Assembly (NCBI RefSeq): GCF_001194135.2
Contig: NC_068986.1
Coordinates: forward strand, 109,305,012 to 109,347,774
From: Octopus bimaculoides
Lineage: Eukaryota
Direction of reading: 5' to 3'
DNA: 42,763 bases
Numbering within the stretch: the first letter of the stretch is position 1; each line of letters begins with the position of its first letter. The translations under genes and the position numbers were made by a program. Of this stretch, positions 35,140 through 42,763 are shown one piece after another. The notes under the pieces were generated by a model, which saw nothing but the letters and a program-made list of their open reading frames with translations, was not told the DNA's origin and did not search any database.

Positions 35140-35292
35140 TACAAACACAAAGACATATAAAGGCTTCTTTCAGTTTCTGTCTTCCAAATCCATTCAGAAT
35201 GCTTTGGTTGGCCAAGGTGCCATGCAGTGGGACTGAACCCAAGACCACATGATTGGAAAGCAAGCTTCTTAATCACACAGCCACACCTGCAA
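35140..35292 (-). mobile_element. SINE family A 5' half, CpG-decayed
   Basis: ggcttctttcagtttctgtcttccaaatcc...cacacagccacacctgc. Confidence 0.75.
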
Positions 35293-35599
35293 CTATATTC
35301 AACACACTTTTGCACAGCTTACACTCACACGCATGTGCACACACAAGCACATGCGCACGCACACATTTGGGTAAACTGAAAGTCACCAGAGTTCTTTTCT
35401 GTTTTTCATTCTTTTTTCTTCTCCCCCCCCCCACCCCCAACTGAATGAAAGTTCAAAGAATGTAATACCACATCCATACACACATACATCACACACACCC
35501 ATCCATATCTTCTGTGTCTTTTATGTACGTTTCTGTAGACATAAGGATTTATAGTGTTAATCATCGAAGACAATGCCAGACAATGGTCGATTTGAAAAG

Positions 35600-35613
35600 G
35601 TTGCCAAGGCAAC
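35600..35613. promoter_or_regulatory. Candidate RFX X-box palindrome
   Basis: GTTGCC-AA-GGCAAC; one base from the canonical GTTGCCATGGCAAC; lies in non-repeat DNA; function unproven. Confidence 0.25.
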
Positions 35614-36254
35614 AGCAGCAGTTTCTCAATAAATACTTTTGAACACAGACCAATTCCATATTTGAAGAACAGATCAAAAACAAACTCTGGCCAAATTGGT
35701 GGTGGCCTTTGTCAGTAAAGAATTAGGGTCAGGACTTTGGATAAGTTTGAATGCCATTGAAGAGAAAAGGAGTCTGAAGACTCTTTCTGGTTATTCAACC
35801 TTTTTTGCTACCATTAATTTACACAGATTTTGATTTAATTAATTTTGAAAATTATGAAGAATTTAGTAATATAACTTAATCAGTATTCAAATGGTGTTTG
35901 CAACATAAATGAACATGGAATTTAGATGGAAGGTTTTAATTTAGATCACCTACAAACCATAAGTTTATATCATAGAACCAGGAACTGTCTCAGACAGGTT
36001 GGCATCAAAATGGTTTTCGTCATGCTGTTTTGCCATGGGTTGGACAGGGTCTCATTTGAGGCAGGATTTCACCATTGGATGTTCCTCCTGCCATCAACCA
36101 TTACCTATTCCTCAAGTAAAGGATTATTTTTTATTCCAATGATCTTCCAAAGTGCAAAGTGGACAATCATAATCTACAAGAAGTAGAGACATCACAAACT
36201 CACCCAAGAGATAACAAGGGAAGCCATAGGATTTGAACCTTCACACATACACTT

Positions 36255-36505
36255 TATATACGTGTATATGTGTGTTCTTGTCTTAACATTGTGGGATGGG
36301 TGTAAATATGTGCCACTGTCATACTACGAGCGATGTCCTTCATGTCCAATCTTCTGTGAAAACATGTCCGGCCCTGAGGAAATATTACATTGCTTGGAAG
36401 CAGGTAAAGGTTGGTGACAGGAAAGGCATCTGGCCATAAAAAATGTCTCAATGAATTCCTTCTGACCCTTGTGAGCATGAAAATGTGGACATTAGAATGA
36501 TGTTG
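36255..36505 (-). mobile_element. Retroposon family G
   Basis: See other family G copies. Confidence 0.65.
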
Positions 36506-36534
36506 TTAACATATCTATCTGTTTGTCTATCTAT

Positions 36535-36568
<34 letters not shown>

Positions 36569-37523
36569 AAATATATAATTATATATTTTGTATTAATTGT
36601 TACCTATATGGTTTTATTACATGCTGACTACTTGAGAAAATTTTATTAAGATTTTATCCTTAATTGTATATATATATATATATATATATACGTATGTATA
36701 TATGTATATATATAGATAGACAGATAGATAGATATACAGTAAGCTTCGTACGGTTTCCACCAACCAAATTCACTCAAAATTACAAAGAGAAAATGACTTT
36801 CCAACAACTGAAGAAGCATTTCTCTTTGTGAGATGGAAAGTTAGTCCTAAATAGTTAAGGTCCATGATCCCTACTAATGTCAGCAAGCTCGCGAATCCCC
36901 AAAATTTGAAGCCTAATACTCTTTTTGCGTATGTATTTAAAACGAAGACAAATAAAAACAAAAAAAAACAAAAAAAATATTTAAACATTTTAATATATAN
37001 NNNNNNNNNNNNNNNNNNNNNNNNNNNNNNNNNNNNNNNNNNNNNNNNNNNNNNNNNNNNNNNNNNNNNNNNNNNNNNNNNNNNNNNNNNNNNNNNNNNC
37101 TTTTCGTTCTTGGACTCCCCAAGCTCGCACGTACTTCTTTGCCCCTCCTATTCGTGATTCACAGCGTTCAATACATACACTCTTCACGTCTGGCTGTACA
37201 GCCTTTTTGTTTGTTTATTCACCGTTTCGTTTTCCTGTCTTGTTTTCCGTCCACCATTACCCTTCATGAAAAAAATTTAATTTGTGTTCGTGGGAAGAAC
37301 CATTTTAACGATGCGTACTACCTTAATTCTTCGAAATGCCGGTGTTTTAATGGCGGCAGCTGATGAAGGAGATGTTTCTATGTGGCTTGCTTGTATGTTG
37401 TACCTTGTTTATCATTTTGTCCATGTTCTTTTGCCACATCATGTACCCAGTTATGTATCTATATGTACATGTAGATGAAAGTATGTACATACTTGTACAT
37501 ATATATGCATATACTCATATATT

Positions 37524-37554
<31 letters not shown>

Positions 37555-37954
37555 GGAATATAAAAATATATAAAAGGAAGAAAAATACTCGAGATTCAGT
37601 ATATACCACGTGGCAAAATTATGAGTTGAAAATATGTAGAAAAACATATATAAAAAGTGGAAGAGAAATGCCATCGTTTCACATAGTTTAATATCTCTTT
37701 ATAAAGAAATTTTTTAAATATATATATACATATTTTATGGGTGTCATGATATCCAACCGGTTTTCGCTATTTAAATTAACTTTTCAAGGGACATTGTGAA
37801 GTAATCAATTCTTGTGACAAAGAGGTCTCGCCATTTTGGATGCTTGAAAAATAAGAATGAGTCTAGAGAGTGGACCAAGGGAGGTAATAGGTGGCAAGGG
37901 GGACAACTAACTCTTCAGTATATATATATATATATATAGGAGCACTCTGTTGGG

Positions 37955-38330
37955 TACGATGATGAAGGTCCCAGCTAATATGATCAACAGAACAGCTTGC
38001 TTGTGAAATTAACATGCAAGTGGCTGAGCACTCCACAGACAAGTGTACCCTTAACATAGATTCTCAGGGAGATTCAGCGTGANNNNNNNNNNGGCTGAGC
38101 ACTCCACAGACAAGTGTACCCTTAACATAGATTCTCAGGGAGATTCAGCGTGACACAGAGTGTGACAAGGCTGGCCCCTTTGAAATACAGTTACTACTCA
38201 TTATTGCAGGTGAGTGGACTGGAGCAACTTGAAATAGTGTCTTGCTCAAGGACATAACGCGTTGCTGGGAATCGAACTCACGACCTTACGATTGTGAGCC
38301 AAATGCCCTAACCACTAAGCCATGCGCCTT
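37955..38330 (-). mobile_element. SINE family E (61-bp segment duplicated across a 10-N gap)
   Basis: Head ccctaaccactaagccatgcgccttc (reverse complement); 38022-38082 identical to 38093-38153. Confidence 0.8.
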
Positions 38331-38764
38331 CACTATATATATATATATATACATACTTGTAGGTTAACAAGGCTACCAATGGTTTCATGTCAAGAGATTC
38401 TTCACAATTGTTCAATTACACCAGATGAGAACATTGGTACTCGTCTCCATTTGGGATGTAGTAGTGTGTACGTATATGTATGTGTGTATTTACCTCTGCA
38501 TGCGTGTACATATACATGCTTAACAAATGCACAAAAACGGGGAACTGAGTACCGAGAGTTAATCAGCAGCAGAGAATCCCATAAATAATGGCTGTACATT
38601 CACGCATACAAATGAATAGCATTAATGTAACATAATCAGATATGAAGGGCGATAAAGCTGCTTTTACATGTCACACACACACACAATGAACCCTAAACTC
38701 AAGTTATTAAAAGCACCAGAGTGTGACTCCACATTTTAGGCCCTGAGCTAACAAAGGACCCTTT

Positions 38765-38950
38765 GCATAGTAGCTTGACCTGCTAGAAATAATAACCAAA
38801 TTCACTTCATATCATAACTTACTAATTTAAAAAAATAAAAAAGGTACATTGAATCATGTAGTTTCAAACAGGATGGTCACAAATGGAATGCCTTTGATCA
38901 TGAGGTCTGACAGCTTGATCAGGTCTGACCTGGGTCTAAACAACAACACA
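38765..38950 (+). mobile_element. Retroposon family D with (AAC)n tail
   Basis: gacctgctagaaataataaccaaa...gatcaggtctgacctgggtctaaacaacaac. Confidence 0.65.
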
Positions 38951-39504
38951 ATCGAGCAGTCAGGTCAGTAATCTTATAATCCTATAATCTAGACATAAAT
39001 TAAGGATAAGTCAACCAACAGCTGTGTTTAAAGTGGTTTGTGGTGTGAGTGGAAGGAAGAGGTGATCCCTGGATTCTAACTCCCTGCCCTTTTACCATAT
39101 CCATGATAAGAAAAAAAAGGGAACAGATGATAGTCAAGCAGCGTTTGTGATTAATCGGTGGAGCAAACAGGTGACATCAGTAACAGAACAGAATGTGGTG
39201 GTGGTGGAGTTTAGCCCCAGATCAGCTCCTTAAGAACAAACCGATGATTAAGGAGTTGCAAACATGATTAGATGGGTTTTTTTTTTCTCTTCATGATTAA
39301 GAAGCTTGTAGTCTTGGGTTCAGTCCCACTGTGTGACACCTTGGGCAACCGTCTTCTACTATAGCCCTAGGTCATGAAAGGTCTTGCGTGGATTTCGTAG
39401 AAAGAAACTAAAAGAAACCTGCATGTTCAAGTGTGTTTGTTTGTACCCTTGTTCTGATGGTTTTTATAGTTTTTCTTGTGTGTTTATCATCATGATGATG
39501 ATCA

Positions 39505-39908
39505 TCATCATGGCTCCTGTGCCGGTGAAATTTGAAAAGCACCATTCGAGCGTGATCGTTGCCATCATTGCCCTACCAGCACATGTGTCGGTGGCACGTG
39601 AAAAACAACATTTGAGCATGGTCGTTGTCAGTGCTACTGGACTGGCTCCTGCGCAGGTAGCATGTAAAAACACCTTTTGAGTGCGTTTCTTGCCAGAACC
39701 ACCTGACTGGCCCTCGTGCCGGTGGCACGTAAAAGCACCCACTACACTCTCTGAGTGGTTGGTGTTAGGAAGGGAATCCGGCTATAGAAACTCTGCCAAA
39801 TCAGATTGGAGCCTGGTGTAGCCATCTGGTTCACCAGTCTTCAGTCAAACTGTCCAACCCATGCCAGCATGGAAAGCATACGTTAAACAATGATGATGAT
39901 GATGATGA
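39505..39908 (+). mobile_element. Retroposon family H with four ~66-bp internal subrepeats and (GAT)n tail
   Basis: gtgccggtggcac-type units start at 39519, 39585, 39651, 39716; tail ccaacccatgccagcatggaaagc...gttaaacaatgatgatg; the tail also occurs inverted at ~34020-34085. Confidence 0.7.
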
Positions 39909-39986
39909 CTTGTGAAATGGTTTTTATAACAATTTGTGAGGTGGGATTGGAGGGGGATATTTGTCCATGAACTGTGTGTGCATGCA

Positions 39987-40056
<70 letters not shown>

Positions 40057-40150
40057 CGTGTGTGCATAAACACAAGCACATACATGACAACACACTCTCA
40101 ACACATGCTGACACTTACATGTATGCACAGATTCACACACTGACACCCAT

Positions 40151-40457
40151 ACAGGCATAGCCGTGTGGTAAGAAGCTTGCTTCCTAACCACATGGTCCCA
40201 GGTTCAGTCCTACTGTGCGACACCTAGGGCCACCCAAAAGCCTTGTGAGTGGATTTCGGAGAAGGAAATTGAAAGAATCCCATCATGCCATCATGTGAGT
40301 GTGTGTGTTTGTCCACCACCCCTGTAAAAGGCACCAATAGAATAAGTACCAGGATGCAAAAATAGGTGCCCCGGGTTGATTCGTTCAACAAAAATTCTTC
40401 AAGGTGATGCCCCAGCATGGCCAGTCTAACGACAGAAACAAGTAACAGATAAGAGAT
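40151..40457 (+). mobile_element. Diverged SINE family A
   Basis: Head, B-box ggttcagtcct, body and tail colinear with deletions. Confidence 0.75.
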
Positions 40458-40720
40458 ACAGGCAAATGTATACACTTGGAGTCACTTTCATAAATACACA
40501 CACACACACACACACACACACAAACCCGCTTGCCTCACATACATGTATTTACATTCATATTACTACTACTACTACAACATATAACTCATTCTCACTCACA
40601 CTCATTCTCACACTCTCACTCACTCTCAACCACCCATTCACATTTACTCAACTTCTTTACAAACACCTCCCACAAGTTCACAGCCTCAGACTATCTTTCC
40701 ATCTCACACTACACACACAC

Positions 40721-41113
40721 TCTTACCTGTTTCAGTCATTTGACTGTGGCCATGCTGGAGCACCGCCTTTTAGTCGAGCAAATCGACTCCAGGACTTATT
40801 CTTTGTAAGTCTAGTACTTATTCACTTATTCTATCGGTCACTTTTGCCAAACCGCTAAGTTACGGGGGCGTAAACACACCAGCATCGGTTGTCAAGCGAT
40901 GGTGGGGGGACAAACACAGACATATCGTTTCGTTTAACGTCTGCTATATATACATACATACGACGGGCTTCTTTCAGTTTCCGTCTACCAAATCCACTCA
41001 CAAGGCTTTGGTTGGCCCGAGGCTATAGTAGAAGACACTTGCCCAAGATGCCACGCAGTGGGACTGAACCCAGAACCATGTGGTTGGTAAGCAAGCTACT
41101 TACCACACAGCCA
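40721..41113 (-). mobile_element. SINE family A, CpG-retaining
   Basis: Colinear; most consensus CpGs intact. Confidence 0.88.
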
Positions 41114-41144
41114 CGCACACATTGGAATTATTAAAGATTATATA

Positions 41145-41328
41145 CATACATGATAGTGATGATGGTATAGACACACACACACATACATGATGGGTGATGA
41201 TATACATATATATATATATATATATATACGCACACATACATGATAGTGATGATGGTGTATGTATATATATATATATATATATATAAACATACATACACCA
41301 TCATCACTATCATGTGTGTGTGTGTGTG

Positions 41329-41361
<33 letters not shown>

Positions 41362-41371
41362 NNNNNNNNNN

Positions 41372-41426
<55 letters not shown>

Positions 41427-41449
41427 CACCTACATGATAATGATGGTGT

Positions 41450-41485
<36 letters not shown>
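41145..41485. repeat. Composite minisatellite (catgatagtgatgatggt units separated by CA/TA runs), one unit inverted
   Basis: Direct units at ~41148, 41186, 41239, 41433; inverted unit 41289-41315. Confidence 0.85.
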
Positions 41486-42226
41486 TAATGAGATATCTCA
41501 CACACAAAGTAAGTGATATCATCAGTAAAACAGTTTTTAAGTCCCTCCTCACACTCTTCCTCAATACTGTCCTTCTTGTGTATGTGTTTGTCATAGAATG
41601 TATGCATGTGTGTGTATGCGTATACATGTGTGGGAGTGCTGCTTGTGTGTGTATTTATCTGTGTACTCCCCCCACCCCAATACAACACGCTCCAAGATAG
41701 ACACACATCTTCCTCCCCTTATCCCCTCTTCTCTGTACCAACCCCCACCCACCATTATTTTCCCTGTCACCTTTCAGAAATTTGTAGGAAATGAGAAACC
41801 CTTTCGAGGCGTTGCCATGTCGATAGGAGCTAAACTTGCTTTTCCTCTCCTTAACAATAAATTGGTCCGTTTCTAATGAGGACCCTTTCCACTTTCCACC
41901 CACCCTGACCCTTCTTCCTCCCTTCAGTAAATTTGGAACATTTATTGTGATTCTTCTATGAGTGAATGAGAGAGAGAGAGAGAGAGAGAGAGAGTGCGTG
42001 TGTGTGTATGTGTTGTGTGTTCATATGTGTGACAATTTGTAAATAATTAAATGTGCTCACATTTACTTATGTGTGTGTTTGTATGAGGGTCTGTATCTGT
42101 TTGAGTTTTGAAGGTGGATGTTGCTAACCACTTTGTGGTATCGGTGGGTTTGTAATCAACAGTCAACCCCTACTTTGCTGATTTCGGAACAATAATGTTC
42201 CAGCTGTAACTAATCAATCCCTGGTT

Positions 42227-42428
42227 TGGCTGTGTGGTAAGAAGTTTGCTTCCCAACCACATGGTTCCAGGATCAGTCCCACTGCGTGGCACTTTAGGCA
42301 AGTGTCTTCTATTATCGCCTCGGTCCAACGAAAGCCTTGTGAGTAGATATGGTAGACGGAAACTGAAAGAAACCCGTTGTGTGTGTCTGTGCATATGTTT
42401 ATCCCACCACCACTTGACAATCAGTGCC
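42227..42428 (+). mobile_element. SINE family A, 5' part
   Basis: tggctgtgtggtaagaag...ggatcagtcccactgcgtggcac...gaaagaaacccg. Confidence 0.85.
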
Positions 42429-42586
42429 TATCCTATACTTTTCCAGGTGTAATAACTTGTCCTGTACTTTTCCAGGTTTATATTCTTAAGAATATTACTT
42501 TTCATGCTCACATTTTTCCATGTAATAATATTATATTAGATATCAAATGATTCATAGTATATATAAATTAGTAAAATATATATATA

Positions 42587-42763
42587 CTAGCAGAGATACC
42601 CAGCCTTGCTCGGAATTAAAATGGCATAGATTTTTATTGCTTTACTTGTTTCAGTCATGTGACTGCAGCAATGCTGGAGCACTTTTTTTGATTTCCAATG
42701 TGCATTTTCGCTTATTTTCCCCTTACATTTCCACGTGTAGTTTCTATTTTGTTTTTGTAACAT
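42587..42763 (-). mobile_element. Helitron 3' terminus (element continues beyond the window); carries a SINE-A tail fragment at 42641-42681
   Basis: Minus strand ends ...ccgagcaaggctgggtatctctgCTAG|t: GC hairpin 8 nt upstream of CTAG, followed by T (the AT target site). Confidence 0.7.

Noticed and set aside
37328-37372. Permuted hammerhead-like motif (tcttc GAAA ... CTGATGA aggaga); a similar ctgatgaagg start lies at ~23236
   Set aside because: Stem I does not form, there is an extra A after the core, and the cleavage triplet is poor; at most a decayed PLE-type remnant
38022-38153. 61-bp direct repeat in SINE-E
   Set aside because: Identical copies flank a 10-N gap; assembly artefact
17900-38450. 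Candidate host exons behind splice-acceptor-like sites (~17914 +, ~28928 -, ~29005 +, ~32595 +, ~34393 +, ~35710 -, ~36905 -, ~38367 +)
   Set aside because: Short open frames with no recognisable protein family and no consistent donor, phase or strand chain; need RNA-seq
39511-39745. Regularly spaced repeats as a CRISPR-like array
   Set aside because: Eukaryotic context, spacers are homologous to each other, no cas genes; it is an internal tandem repeat of a retroposon
1320-41700. Many long ORFs in the track (poly-X, YIYI, CVCV, HTHT, poly-L/I/R)
   Set aside because: They run through N-gaps or microsatellites and are not genes
6086-42428. tRNA-like A/B boxes as tRNA genes
   Set aside because: Each continues into a SINE body and I could not fold a complete cloverleaf; treated as SINE heads

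Overview
AT-rich, repeat-dense eukaryotic scaffold with about 11 N-gaps. The SINE families and microsatellite load look like an Octopus (coleoid cephalopod) genome; this is inferred from repeat recognition, not from a search. I could not support any intact host protein-coding gene, tRNA, rRNA or CRISPR array. Recognisable coding remnants are all transposon-derived: (1) a minus-strand Helitron RepHel pseudogene (10.3-12.6 kb) with 23-aa STPR-like N-terminal repeats and its HUH core deleted; (2) an older plus-strand Helitron fragment (2.1-2.5 kb) not evident from the ORF track; (3) a 5'-truncated DD34D mariner (13.8-14.8 kb); (4) a Penelope-like retroelement 3' portion with a GIY-YIG endonuclease, 85-bp inverted arms, a fold-back junction and an apparently intact minimal hammerhead ribozyme (23.4-24.8 kb); (5) a Helitron 3' terminus at the window end. 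About 40 copies or fragments of several tRNA-derived SINE and retroposon-tail families fill the rest (provisional labels A-H). The main unexplained large-scale signal is a sharp CpG-depleted block (~29.1-40.7 kb) in which older SINE copies show CpG decay, suggesting a methylated gene body whose exons I cannot identify.
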